Source: Zootoca vivipara (Eukaryota). Taken from it: 64,000 nucleotides of DNA. Under the pieces are notes generated by a model. That model saw only the letters and a program-made list of their open reading frames with translations, was not told the DNA's origin and did not search any database. The DNA lies in assembly GCF_963506605.1 (NCBI RefSeq), contig NC_083289.1, positions 28,024,001 through 28,088,000 on the forward strand. Direction: 5' to 3'. Shown here in pieces: positions 37,401-60,800 of this stretch. How positions within the stretch are numbered: the first letter of the stretch is position 1; each line of letters begins with the position of its first letter. The position numbers and the translations under genes were made by a program.

Positions 37401-39889
37401 ACAACAATATTATATACATTTTCCATATAACGAATAAGATTAAGGAATAAAAAATAAAACAAATCCCATATCTAGGAGCTCAACATAGAAAGATTAAGCT
37501 CTTAATAACAGTTATTCCTCACAGAACATTTGTAATCAATTGTCTAAAGGAAAAAAAAAAAACCAGAAAAAAACAGAAAGAAAGAGAAAAAAAAGAAAAA
37601 ATAAAAATAAAAAAAATAAAAAGGAAAAGGAAAAAAGAAAACACTCTGGGCTTCCTGTTACCACCGACGGCTTAGTTTTTGTTCTTCCATTATCGAATGT
37701 ATATACAATCAGTACTGTTTCTACTTTCAATATGTTTTCACATTCTATTTCTTTAAGTTTCCACAAATTCAATAAATCGAGCTATCTCCTTACCCTTTCA
37801 CTCAAACGCTATCATTTTAATTTTATCTTCAGTATATTTTCTAACATATTTCTTGTATCTATCCCATCTTTTAACAAATTCTTCCTTATCTTTCCCTCTC
37901 AAACTATTTGTTAGCTGTGCCATTTCGGCCATTTCCTGTAGCTTTTCCTGCCAGTCTATGATTTTTGGGGCCTCTCTTTCTTTCCAGTTTTTGGCAATAA
38001 CCAAACGAGCCGCTGCTAGAGCATATAGTAAAATTTCTTTTGTTTGTGATGGTATATCTTTTTGAAATGTTATACTTAATAAGAAAATCTCTGGTCTTTT
38101 TGGAATGTTTTTCCCTAGAATTTTTTGTATCTCATCATGAATTTTATTCCAAAATTTCTTAATGGTTTCACAAGTCCACCACATGTGAAATAAGTTCCCA
38201 TCGTTGCCACCACACCTCCAGCAAACGTTAGCTATATTCTTATACATCTTTGATAATCTGGAAGGTGTCAGGTACCATCTGTTATTCATCTTTAACATGT
38301 TCTCCCTTATATTGCAGCTCGACGTAAATTTCATATTGATTTTCCAAAGATTCTCCCATTCAAAACATGTAATTGGATAACCACAATCCTGTGCCCACTT
38401 AGTCATGGCAGATGTGACCTTTTCATCCATGACTTCGTGATCTAAAAGCAATTTGTACATTTTAGAAATAAGTTTTGTATTGTTTTTCAATAATTCTTTT
38501 TCAAATTTTGTACATAGACTTTGAAAAGCTCAATGGATCAAGTTCATCCATTTTGTTGAATTAAAAGTTTTAATTGGATTTTGAATAAACATGCAATTAA
38601 TTGTTACCGTCCTGAATTTAATTGTATTATCTTCAGCGCTTTTTTTCTTTAAGAAAATAAATATTTGGGGTACTCTTATTTCCCTACTCATATTGAAATA
38701 GCGCCCCTCAATGAGGCCAAACTTAGATTCACAAAATGTTTAGGGGTATGCGTCCCCCTACGTCCCCCCAGAAAAAGCATTATCTTCCATAATGTGTTGT
38801 GAAAACTGCTGTTCTGAATACTCCTTTTCATAGAGGAGGAGAAGTGTCACTGGGAATGAGTTTAGGGTACCATAATTTTGGGAACCACTGTGCTGTCATG
38901 TGAACACCAAAGGCACAGGGGTCCTGCTTCCAATCACAAGCGCTATGTTCTCCCTCTCCCTCCACTAAATAACTTCTTCTCATGCTCTTCACTCCTCTTT
39001 CTCCCTCCAACTCTTTCAGAAAGCACCATTTACACATTCCTGTCCCCCCCAACCCCTACCCCACCCAGCTAACCTGCAGGTCTTCCTTCTGGCTGTTGCT
39101 TTTCAGTGCAAACTGACAATCCTGAGAGGAGATGGAGTAGAAGCTGGGCCGGCTCTCGGGAGGCAGGACCCAGGAGCCATTAGGCATGTGGAAAGGCAGC
39201 ACCACCGGCTGGCCCTCCGCGTTGGCCGTCAGCTCCAGCACGGAGTCTTTGATGTGGCTGATGATTTCGTGGTTCTCCTCCAGGAGCTGCTCCAGCTGTT
39301 CAATCCGGTTCTGCAACACTGAGATCTGGCTCTGTGCGGGGGCAGGGGAGAGGACAAGGAGCAGAAGAGGTGGCACAAGTAGAAGGAAGTCGTGAGCAGT
39401 CTGCCAACACTCAAGCTTGCCCATCTTCTTCCTTGCCTCCCTTTGCCAAACACTGCCCGGCTGAGCAAAAAGGGTCCTCCAGCATGGCACGGCCCCACTC
39501 TTGCCAGCAGTTGTGCAAGTGCAGCCAAGGGACTAGGGCTGGGGGGAGCTCTTTAGAGTGTGGCAGGGGGGCTGCCGCTCTTCTCTGACCCTGCTGCTTC
39601 AGACCAGAGAATTGAGCCACTGCTGCGGAGACAGTCAGGGACCCCAACCCACCAAGTCACTCTTGGAAGCCCTTGGCAGTGACTCCTGTGTCTCTGCAAA
39701 GGGCACAAAGAGGGCAAAGCAGCAGCTGGAGGAAGGTCTTGCTCACAACACACTTACCCTGGGGAAATTGCCCCCATTCTGGTGCCGAGCAGGATCGTGC
39801 TGGACCCTGTCCAGCATCAGATAGAGGGAGAAGACAGCCACGCAGAAGATGGCTGCCCCACACACCGTCACCTGTTTCTTCAGCTTCAT
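25417..39889 (-). CDS. MAN2A2: Alpha-mannosidase 2x (Golgi GH38); 22 coding exons plus a 78-nt cassette exon; ~1151/1177 aa
   Basis: Exons: 39889-39758 ([29 protein letters not shown]), 39331-39074, 37105-36961 (VPHSHNDPG), 36620-36449, 35426-35299, 34926-34753 (WAVDPFGHS), 34346-34160, 33456-33279, 33062-32860, 32736-32554, 32424-32310, 32106-32039, 31859-31694, 31313-31077, 30967-30845, 29904-29790, 29457-29324, 29212-29071, 28354-28221, [26954-26877], 26647-26453, 25953-25843, 25572-25417 ([12 protein letters not shown]). Phases are consistent. Confidence 0.96.
35593..36022. mobile_element. Tc1/mariner-type non-autonomous element
   Basis: TA TSD on both sides; long imperfect TIRs (CAGTGAGCGGGGAAAGTATTTGATC / GATCAAATACCTTTTCCCCTCACTG); an internal copy of the AAGTATTTGATC motif near 35765. 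Confidence 0.85.
37359..38515 (-). mobile_element. 5'-truncated L1-clade LINE insertion with poly(A) tail and 15-bp TSD
   Basis: Open ORF at 38490-37798 resembles the L1 ORF2 C-terminus ([21 protein letters not shown] knuckle). T-run at 37358-37368. AGACTTTGAAAAGCT is duplicated at 37344-37358 and 38516-38530. Confidence 0.9.
38634..38778. mobile_element. Short hAT-type MITE nested in an older DNA-transposon remnant
   Basis: ATTATCTT is duplicated at 38626-38633 and 38779-38786; ends read CAGCGCTTTTT..AAAAAGC. Confidence 0.55.
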
Positions 39890-40199
39890 CCCGGGGGTGC
39901 CAAAGGGAACATCTGCAACCGAGCCAGGACAGGACACGGGTGTAGTCATCAGTCCAGGCGGGGGGGGGCTTCTCTGGGAACTCTGAGCCCCCACCTCCCC
40001 CTTTGGGCTCCCTTTTGCAACAGCCCGATCCCCTCCCAGGACCCCCATCTCCCCGAGATCTCCCCTGTACCAGGAAGGCCTTCTCCAGGCAAAGAAGCCT
40101 GCCTGGCATTGCCCAGCCCCTGCTCCTCCACAGCAGGGCTTGGTGGGGTTGCCGGGCCTTTCAGCTCCCTGCCCCACCAGCCGAGTAGGGAGCCCAGAG

Positions 40200-41050
40200 G
40201 CGCCAGAAGCCAAGCCGAAGCCGCCAGGCCTGCGCTGTCCAGCTGGGAAGGCAGCGGCGCTCACTCACCTGGCCTGGCGCTGGAGGGGAAGCCGCGGCCT
40301 CTCCCCCGGCTTCCGAGCGCTGCCTGCAGCAGGCGCGGCTCCCGCAGGCCGAGCAAGCGCCGGCCGCAGCGGCCGCGATATTCTTAGCAGTTGCCGGGCC
40401 TGGAATAGGAGGAGGAGCCGCGGAGCCGGGCCAGGGCGGTGGGGCGCTCACAGCGGCTCGAGAGCTGCACGACCCGCTTTTCCTCGCCTGTGCCCGAGCG
40501 GGCAGCGAGCGCGGCAGGTTGTTCGGGCGCTCCGAGGGAAGGGCCGGTGCTCCGGCCAGCAGGAGGAGCATCGTCGCCGGGCACTGCTCGGCCCCTCCCG
40601 GCCCTGCGCCTCCGTCGCCTCCCTCGCTGGAGTCCCCGGGCCGCACGCAGCCCCGTCCCCGCCTCGGGGCTGGCCTTGGGGTGAGGAGAAGGCTTACTTC
40701 GGGGCAGGTCTTGTTCAGAGCAGGCGCCTCGGAGCAGCCCCGGCGTGCTGCCGACGCCGCCACCGGCCTCTCAGCGCAGGGCTGGCCTTGGCGGAGGCCA
40801 CCAGCCTCCTTCCACACAAGCCCGCGGCGAGTCCCCAAGACGGAGACCTGAGCCTGTCAACAGTTCCTCTATTAATAGAGAGGCTCTTCCCTCCGCTCTA
40901 AGCTGGCAAAGGGCGCCGTCGGCGGCCTGGGCGATCACGTTTCAAGCAGGGAGAAAGAGAAGAGGAGGCGGGCGGGGGCTGCTGGGAGTCGGAGTCCGAA
41001 ATACGGAGCGGGATCGCGGGGAAGCGAAGGAGCCTACTGCTTGTCTTCTG
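40200..41050 (-). promoter_or_regulatory. MAN2A2 CpG-island promoter and non-coding first exon
   Basis: Dense CpG/GC segment. A CAG|GTGAGT donor ends the exon at 40269, and the acceptor at 39912 opens the ATG-containing exon. Confidence 0.65.
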
Positions 41051-41757
41051 GATGACCCGATCCCAAGACCCTCCTGCTCCTGCTTGGGGGTTTCTCCCCA
41101 TAGAATTGGGGCCCTGCGTGGCTTTCCCCCACCCCCACCCCGCATGTGCAGAAGGAACAAAGCGTGCAGGCAGAACCAGGCGTGGGTGGGTAGCTATTTA
41201 TTTATTTATTGCGTTTAACATCCCACCTTTTTTCTTTAAGGAGCTTAAAGTGGCATGCATGGTTCTCCCGCCTTCCACAGCAATCTTGTGAGGAAGGTTA
41301 GGCTGAAAAGGCAGTGCCTGGCCCAAGATTACCCAATGAGCTTCATGGCTGAATGGGGGGGTTGAACTCTGTGGTTTCCTAGTTCAACACATTGACCACT
41401 GCCCCACTCCTGACTCTAGTGTCAGACTAGTTAAAGGGGCTGGCGGTGCCCATGGCCATCCTGCTTGTCAGACTACGGAATGACTCTTCCCTTCCTCCTC
41501 CTCAGCCCTCCTGAGAAGCCCGCTGGGCTGGGTACAGGAGAAGGGTCAGGCAGAGGGCAGCAGGCATTGCCAGTCAGTGTGGACAATACTGAGCTAGATG
41601 GATTCTGTGTAAGGCAGTAGCATCCTGTCCACCTGTGATTTCTGGAAAGATCTAAATCACCTTCAGGGATGGTAAGTACTGTAGGTGGTAGCAGCAATAT
41701 TCACTGGGTTTTGAGCATAATCCCCTCTTTCAAGGCATCAGCTCTATCACTTTAACC

Positions 41758-42006
41758 CAGGGTTCCCAAACTAAGGCCCGGGGGCCGGATGCGGCCCAAT
41801 CACCTTCTAAATCCAGCCCGCGGACGGTCCGGGAATCAGCATGCTTTTACATTAGTAGAATGTGTCCTTTTATTTAAAACACATCTCTGGGTTATTTGTG
41901 GGACATAGGAATTCGTGCATATTTTTTTAAAAAATATAGTCCGGCCCCCCACAAGGTCTAAGGGACAGTGGACTGGCCCCCTGCTGAAAAAGTTTGCTGA
42001 CCCCTG
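41758..42006. mobile_element. hAT (Charlie-like) non-autonomous element
   Basis: CAGGGTTCCCAAAC..GTTTGCTGACCCCTG ends and subterminal GGCCCGGGGGCCGGATGCGGCCC motifs; the TSD is imperfect. Confidence 0.65.
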
Positions 42007-42124
42007 AAGTTTAACCCCTTCCCTTTGCAAATAGAGTTGCTTTAACAGTGCTGTATGCTGTATCCATTGCAGCAAGGGATCCATTGATCAAGGTTGGGAG
42101 GATCATCTCACTCTTCCCCTATAT

Positions 42125-42260
42125 CAGGCATCCCCAAACTTCGGCCCTCCAGATGTTTTGGACTACAATTCCCATCTTCCCCAACCACTGGTCCTGTTAG
42201 CTAGGGATCATGGGAGTTGTAGGCCAAAACATCTGGAGGGTCGCAATTTGGGGATGCCTG
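42125..42260. mobile_element. 136-bp palindromic hAT MITE, copy 1
   Basis: CAGGCATCCCCAAA..TTTGGGGATGCCTG TIRs; 8-bp TSD CCCTATAT. Confidence 0.9.
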
Positions 42261-42689
42261 CCCTATATGCACCGGTGTCAATTAAAACCCCTCTCTCCCT
42301 CAATATTTGGGACTGTCTAGTCAGCTGCCGAATGTTTTTTGGATCCCAGAAGCTGAGAAGCAGTTTGCTATTCCACTTCTGCCTTAAATTAAAACAGTTG
42401 AGGTCAGGTGCTGCTCAGTCATCCATGCCTTCTGAAGGCAGAAGAGCATCAGTGCTGTACTGTAGTTGCCATTTTCTGCCCCTTTTTCAGACATTCTCAC
42501 TAAATTCTCAGTAATAGGAGTAGCAAATACTATTGCACACTAAAATAGTGTTTGCTGCTGCTATTAATGATAGCATTATAGTAGTAGTAAATGCCATCTC
42601 CAGCAATTTGCTCCTCAACTTCCTTCCTCAGCCTCCCACCCTGTTACTTTATATCAGGGCTTCTTACTCCTCATGGGAAAAATATGTAA

Positions 42690-43295
42690 AATGTATAAAT
42701 CTAAATCAAATAAGTGTTTTTAAATGTAAAGAGAAAGAAGATTCTTTTTATAATATATGGTGGTCTGGTAGTAAGGTTAAAGCTTACTGGGAAATGATAT
42801 ATAATGAATCGAAAAGGATGTTTAAAATAATATTTGTCTTTTTAAAAAAAACCAGAAGCTTTTCTTTTGGGAATTATAGGGACAGAACTACCTAAACTGT
42901 ATAGAAACTTATTCATGTATGCTACTACAGTGGCAAGAATGTTACTTGCCCCAAAATGGAACTAAGTAGAAGTCCCAGCAAAGGAAGTAAAAACTTATGG
43001 AATATGCAGAAATGGCGGGACATACTGGGAAAATAAGAAATCAAGATAACAAACTTTTTTATAAAAGAATAGAAATGGTTTATTGAATATTTACAGATAA
43101 ATTGTAAACAGATAAGAATATTAAAGTAGATGAATAAATGAACAAATTAAGTTATTTTGGATATGCAGAAGATATTAAAATACATTTAATGAACCGCAGA
43201 AAGAGGGGGAAGGAAGTCAAGTTTTGAAATGTTAAAATGACTGTAAAATTATTGAAATGTATAAACCTAAAAATCATAATTTTTATTAAAAAAAA
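42690..43295 (+). mobile_element. Degraded L1-clade LINE 3' fragment
   Basis: AT-rich; translates to a disrupted KCKEKE..YNIWW..KVKAYW..I..KKPEAFLLG L1 C-terminal pattern; ends in an A-run at ~43288. Confidence 0.75.
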
Positions 43296-43633
43296 TCATC
43301 CCCAAAATATAATTATGTACTAATTTATCTGATTGTGCTTGCATCTTCCTGCCACAACAATGTGGCACACCACACACTTTGAGAACCACGGGGGTGAACC
43401 GCTGGGGTAAAGGGTCTACTGGCCATGGCGCAGCTGAGACCATTTGGCTGACTTTGGATGGAAGGCTCGCTGGAGGGGGGCGGGCAAGGTGTTCATGGCC
43501 AGAAAGGGGTGTCAAGAGCAAAGGTTTTGCATGAAGGTTGCAGGCTCGGCAGGAAGTCAAGTAGGTACAGCCTTGGTGCAGGAGATGGTTGCCACCCCTT
43601 GCTGCTGCCCAGCGGGTTCTGGAGTTAGTACTT

Positions 43634-54719
<11,086 letters not shown>

Positions 54720-54739
54720 GGCTGGCGGCAGGCAGGCAG

Positions 54740-55100
54740 ACCCGCAGCCTTCGCCCTGCAAGGGAGAGCTAGCGCCGTCAGCGTGCCCCGACGGAGCGGA
54801 CGCCCCGGCATGGTTTTCCTGAGAAGCGGCCGGGCCGCTGCAAGTTCCCTTTTGCGGCCGCAGCCTCGCGGCGCTCCCTAACTTAACACCCCTGCAGTTC
54901 CGGAAAGTGTCGGCGAAGAACCCAAGTCCCTACCCTGAGAAACTGGACTCAAGGCAGGCGCCGGTCCGGCTCGGGGGAGACCCCCGCCCACTCACCGCCG
55001 TCAGATTTGGTATACCAGAGCTCCCTTCCCCCACCCGAGCAAGTTTTGCAACCTGTTCAGAGCTCATCTGCCTACCCCAATTTGCAAGAGGCTTCAGCCA
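54740..55100 (-). promoter_or_regulatory. FES CpG-rich 5' region with a probable non-coding exon 1
   Basis: CpG-rich segment; GCG|GTGAGT donor near 54996, and an acceptor near 54757 upstream of the ATG at 54719. Confidence 0.45.
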
Positions 55101-56684
55101 GGCTACACTGTGGTGTTGCGATGGCACCCAGCACTCAAGTGTGCCTGCTGCGCATTGGTGCCCTGGACCACCCAAACTCCCTCTCCTGTTTTAGGAAGGG
55201 GGCATGCTGGTCTGTCTCCAGTTTCGAAGGCAACAGGAGTCTCCAAACATCACATTTTCAGTAGAAGCCCCCCCCCCCCATGCTGGTGGTGGTATACAGT
55301 ATTTGGGAAGGGGGCTGGTTGGGGGTCAGTGGAGCCTCTCTTGCATCCCTGAGGAAGCTCCCCCCTCTGCCCTTGGACATACCTTGCTGGGGTGTTGTCT
55401 GAATCACGCTTGACTCCTTCCTGGGCAGTGAGCACTAAAGAGGAACAGGAAGACTCCACAAAACCTCCAGGCATTGCAAGATCCCCCTTCCTGCCTCCTG
55501 CACTCTCTGTGGCTTCCACCCCACCCAGGCACTTGTACGCAATACCTCCTTAAGGACCAGGAGGCTCCCTCAAATTAAAGTGCTTTTTATCTAGTCCTGC
55601 CCTTGTGAGACAATCCATCAACTCAACTCCACCAGGTGACCAGTGGCCTTCACAAGATGCCTGCAGGCACGATACAAGTGCCATCACCTTCTCCAGCTGT
55701 TTGGGCCCCCAGAAGCGTGTGTGTGTGTGTGTGTGTCCTGCTCCTGCAGGTAGCATGTGGGCATCATAACTAGTGGCCATGGAGAGCCTTTGCCCCATGC
55801 AATTTGCCTAACCCCTCTTTTAAAAACAGGAAGTTGGAATCTGTGACTGTATGTCATGGGAGCAGATCCAATTTTCACTATTATGCTGTGTGAAAAAGTA
55901 TTTCCATTTGCCTGCCCTGAATCTTCCACCATTCAGTTTCATTTTGGAGTGCCTCGGGGAAAGTTGCCCTTGTCCACTTTCTCTAAGTGTAAAACATGGG
56001 CAATTTTACAAACTTCTGTCATGTTTCCCTCTTCCATACACACTTTACTCAATAAAAAAATTCGGTGTGGTGCGAGCAAATTTTTATTCTGAAAGTGTAG
56101 CTAAGAGAGAAAAAAAAGTTTGATAACCACTGGGTTAAACAAATGTCAAAATTCCAGGTAATGTAAATGATGCACATTTGACAGTGAAGCAGTTTTGTGA
56201 GCAGCCAGGGTCACTTGTGTGGCTTTAAAAGAGGATTAGACAGATTCATGGAGGAGAGGGATGTCGAAGACTATTGGCCATAATGGTTATGCTCTGTGCC
56301 TCCAGGTGGAGGCAGCAATGCTTCTGAATACCAGTTGCTGGAAGTCACAGGAGGCGAGGGGGCTCTTGGGCTCAACTTCGTCTTGTGAGATTCCTTTTGG
56401 GGCATTTGGCTAGTGACTATAAGAAGAGGACTAGGTGGGTCCCATTTGGCCTGATGCAGATGACTTAGGTTCTTACATCCGGACTGGCCTGTATCTGGGC
56501 AATACTTTGGCCTCCTTGATTCTGCCAGGGAGACCCCAACCAAACAACATGGATCAGCCAGAGAAAACCTGTTAGCAGCCTGGGAGGTGGGCCTGTGTCT
56601 GTGGTCAGGCACCTGCACCCCACAGACACAAAAGCTCTGTCTAGAGAACACAGCGGGACACAGCAAGTTTGCATAGTTCCAACA

Positions 56685-56700
56685 TTTAATAAACTTTAAT
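56685..56700 (-). terminator. Candidate FURIN polyadenylation signals (two ATTAAA)
   Basis: TTTAAT on the + strand at 56685-56690 and 56695-56700, at the end of an AU-rich distal 3'UTR about 1.15 kb past the stop. Confidence 0.5.
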
Positions 56701-57836
56701 CTCTCTAGCGTTATATCCACATCCATTAAATTAAAAAAACAAAACAACTGGCCACAGGAATTGGCTCCTTGTTTAAATTACAAGAAATTATTTGTGCACC
56801 AAAAAAGTTATGATAGAAAACGAGTCCTGGGCAGCCCGTATTTCCCCCTGCCCACAGCTGCACAGCCTCCACCTCCGCCAGCAGCAGAGAGCAGGGAACA
56901 AACCCGGAGGGAGAGAGGCAGGTGAGGCGGGCAGTGCAACCCCAGGACCAGCAACAGATTGTCATCAAGGAGGAGGAAGAGGAGGGGGGGGGAACAAGGC
57001 ACATGAGGAAAGATGGAAGCTCCAGTGACTTTGGGAGGATCCAGGGAGGGGCTGGGCACAGCTCAGTGGTCAAGCAGCAGCCGCCCCCAGGCCCCCTCCC
57101 CGTGGCCCCAGAGGAATTCCTGCTCCTGCAGGAGGGAGGGCGGAGCCGCCCACCTTGGGTCGAAGAGACACACCCATGGCATCATCGTCCATCTCAGTCC
57201 CAACTGTCACGGGTGGGAGGAGGGGAAGAGGAGGAGGAGCCCAGCTCACCTCCCAGTCTACCAAGGCTGAAGGACTGGCACGGATAGGCAGGTGGCCGGC
57301 TGCGCGAGGAAGAGGCCCCAAACGGTGGCACAAGCTCCGTGGATCAGTGGGAAGGGCACGGAACGGAGCAGGACAGGAGGAGTCAGGCTCTTATTGCTGC
57401 TGGCAGGGCAGGAAGAAGGCGACGGAGCTGGGGGCCTGTGCCACTTTGCCCCCCTGCCCTGCCCCGCCCCGCACTGGACAGGGCACTCTCAGCCATGCCC
57501 CTGCCTGGAGACAAAGGCTTGAGGCTTTTCCTGCGCCGCCCCAAGCAGCGAGGAAGGCAGCCCCGCGCAGATGCCCCTCCAACCACAGCGGAGGCAGGCA
57601 GAGAAACTGGTTCAGTCTTTAAAAAAATCACTTTGGCGAGTTAAAACCAGTGCCTAGGGTGCCTGGGCGCCTTCTCATCCAGCAGCATCCTGGCCCACAC
57701 GCAGAGTGCCTCTGTCCAAGGTCCCCACCCAGCCATGGGGGGGGTGGGGGTGGGGAGTGAGAGAGCAGACTGGTGCAGAGCCTCTGGCCCCTTGGTCCTT
57801 CCCCTGATGCGCTGGAGGGGGGGGGCTGCAGGCTCA

Positions 57837-60800
57837 TCAAAGGGTGCTTTGGTCTCTGATGAAGGCAGTCCTCTCGCCCTCCTCCTCTTCCTCAGGCCCC
57901 TCCTGCCAGGCATCCGAAGGCAGCCCCTTGTAGGCGATGATGCCTCCGCTCTCCAGCGAATACACCTTGACCCCACGCAGGCACAGCCCGGAGCGCAGCT
58001 GCAGCACCAGGAAGACCAGGACGAAGACCAGGACAATGAAGGCACAGCTCAGGATGGCCACCACCACAGGCAAGCGGGAGGGGCCGCCGGCAACCTCCAT
58101 GCCCTCCCTCAGGAGGGTGGGTGAGGCCCGGCTGCTCTGGGTCTGGTGGGAGCACGTCTGTTCCTGGCTGTTGTAGTGGGCGTGCACCGGGCAGGACAGA
58201 CACTCGGTGGCTTCCGGGCCCAAGCAGGTGGCACAGGACGGGTGGCAGGGCACGCATATGCGGGAGCTCAGCTGAGGCTCCAGGATGTTCTCCAGAGGGG
58301 GGGCCACAGTGCCTGGCGCAAAGGCAGGGGGGCACGTTTTGAGGCAGCTCTTCTGGTGGAGGTAGAAGCCCTCTTCGCACACTGCAAAGAGAGAGGGGCA
58401 AGAGAAGGGGTCAGGCCTCCAGGCTCTGGAAGAAAAGCCATTCAGACAGCGCCAAGGAGCAAGGTCCGCCCCGTACCTGTGGTGGAGAGAGGGTGTGGGG
58501 TCTCCTGTCCACACTGCCCCCTCTGTGGGGGGCCCCTTTGCCCAGGGACATGGGCAGAAGATGGCATGGTTCCCATTTGCCCCAAACACATTGGGCAGCT
58601 TATGAAAGCTGCCCTCTGTACCCCGAATCAGTCAGAGCAGTGCCTAGCGGGAGGGCCCCTGGTGGCAACCGCAGAGGGCCTTCTTGGTAGTGGCACCCTC
58701 CCTGTGGAATGCCCTTCCTTCAGATATCAAGGAGATAAATAATTCCACAACTTTCAGCCCTGTGGCTGGGGAAACCCAGCCAGATGGGCAGGAAAGGAAG
58801 GAAGGAAGGGAAAAAAATTCAGAGCAGGGCATAGGCTTTTCTAGTGGAGCATGTTTGGGAGCCGGTGGAGGTGTAGTGGTTGGGCTATGCCCTAGGAGAC
58901 CAGGGCTCATATCCTTGCTCAGCTGTGAAGCTCCCTGGGTGACCTTTGGCCAGTCGCTGCCTCTCAACCTCACAGGGTTGTTGTTGGAAGGGAAAGACTG
59001 TGGTGCCACCTTGAGCTCCTTGGAGAAACTGGTAAGATATGGATGCAATGAAACAAATGACTACAACAAAACTTACCCACGCAGGCCTGGCTGCTGGTCA
59101 GGGTCTTGCAGCCGCTGCTCTCAAACTCGTTGGAGAGGCTGGGGGGGTCGGTGGCTGTCCCGTACAGAACCAGTGTGAACTTGGTGAGGGTGCCTGCGGG
59201 TGGAAGGGCAGGAAGGTGTGAGGAGGTGGCAGGCAGGCAGGCAGGTGGAGGAGGAGGCAGAAGTCACCCATCCTGCCCTCCTCCCACACCAGAGCCCCTC
59301 CTTGTCACTCAAGGAGTTGTGCCTGGCACCCTCTGCTGTGCAACAGCCCCCAAGCAGGGCCTAACGCTGTGGAGCACTGGTTCCCGAACTGGGTGGTGGG
59401 ATTACAGGGGAAGGGGGAGCTTCAGGGAGTGACTTTCAGACTCTGAAAAGCTGGTATTGTTGGATCAAGGTCATCTGTTTTGTGGAATTAAATTGAATAG
59501 TTTTAATCGGATTTTGAATAAAGGTGCAATTAATTGTTTTGAATGTTATTGTGTTATGATCTACCCTTAAGGGGGTGGTGCAAACTGCTATTCTGAGCAA
59601 TGCTTTTTATAGGGTAACTGGGGGGTGGGGGCACACTGGGAATCAGCTTATGGAACCCGGTTTGTGAACCGCTGTTGTTGAGGTCACAGGTGGGGATGGG
59701 GGCCACATTCGGGAGCTCAGCACAGCATCCCCATCCCTCTCCTCCTTCTGTTCAGCCAGCAGCCTCTTAAACAGGAGGGGATGGCAGCTGGGGAAGGCCC
59801 CCTCCCCCTTTCTGGGGTTTCCGTCACAGGGAATTAAAACAGAGCAAAAGGGAATTAAACAGCTGCTAGCGTTGTGGGGTGGGTGGGGAGGGAGGGAATG
59901 CCCACAGCTGGGCCCTGTAAGGGGGGGGGGAGGTCAGGCAGCGCTCCCGGGAGGGAGACCAAATTGCAGCTGACTTGACAAGGAGCAGAAGAAGCTGAGG
60001 GGGTGGAGAAGTGACAGGTGGCTGTCACGGGGACTGGAGGGATTTGAGTCAAGGGGCGTGGGGCGCTGGATGGTTGAAATATTTTTCTTGCCACAACAAG
60101 TGGGTCTGGGCTTGTTGTTTAGCCTGGAGAAGAGAAGGTTAGGGGGTGATATGATAGCCATGTTCAAATATATAAAAGGATGTCATATAGAAGAGGGTGA
60201 AAGGTTGTTTTCTGCTGCTCCAGAGAAGTGGACACGGAGCAATGGATTCAAGCTACAAGAAAGAAGATTCCACCTAAACATTAGGAAGAACTTCCTAACA
60301 GTAAGAGCTGTTCGACAGTGGGATTTACTGCCAAGGAGTGTGGTGGAGTCTCCTTCTTTGGAGGTCTTTAAGCAGAGGCTTGACAGCCATCTGTCAGGAA
60401 TGCTTTGATGGTGTTTCCTGCTTGGCAGGGGGTTGGACTGAATGGCCCTTGTGGTCTTTTCCAACTCTATGATTCTATGATTTTATGGGCGTAGAGAAGT
60501 AGGTGCCCCTCCCCCATTACCAAAATTGTTGGCTTCACTGGTGTTCTCAATCTCCAGTGCCCACTCGCCAGTGGGGTCCTCGTCCCACGAATGTGTCGTC
60601 ATGAAAGCCCAGTCATTGAAGCCGTCAGCCGAGTAGTCGTGGGGCCTGGGGAGAGGACAAAAGTGAGAGGCATGGGGGGGGGCAGAGGCAGCTTCCTAGA
60701 AGGGAGTGGGTCCAGGGAAGGCAGGGGGCTTACCGGGCAGCCAGCAAGGTGGAGCGGGTTCCCATGGGACTGACAAGGTGGATGGCTAGGTCGCCCCGGC

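Noticed and set aside
37540-37914. Lys-rich 124-aa ORF
   Set aside because: It is the antisense reading of the low-complexity L1 3'UTR.
40140-41218. Long overlapping ORFs (253, 225 and 157 aa)
   Set aside because: Low-complexity Arg/Pro/Gly/Ala translations expected in a GC-rich CpG island; no recognisable domain.
60058-60408. 116-aa ORF
   Set aside because: It is the C-terminus of CR1 ORF2 in a truncated copy, not a host gene.
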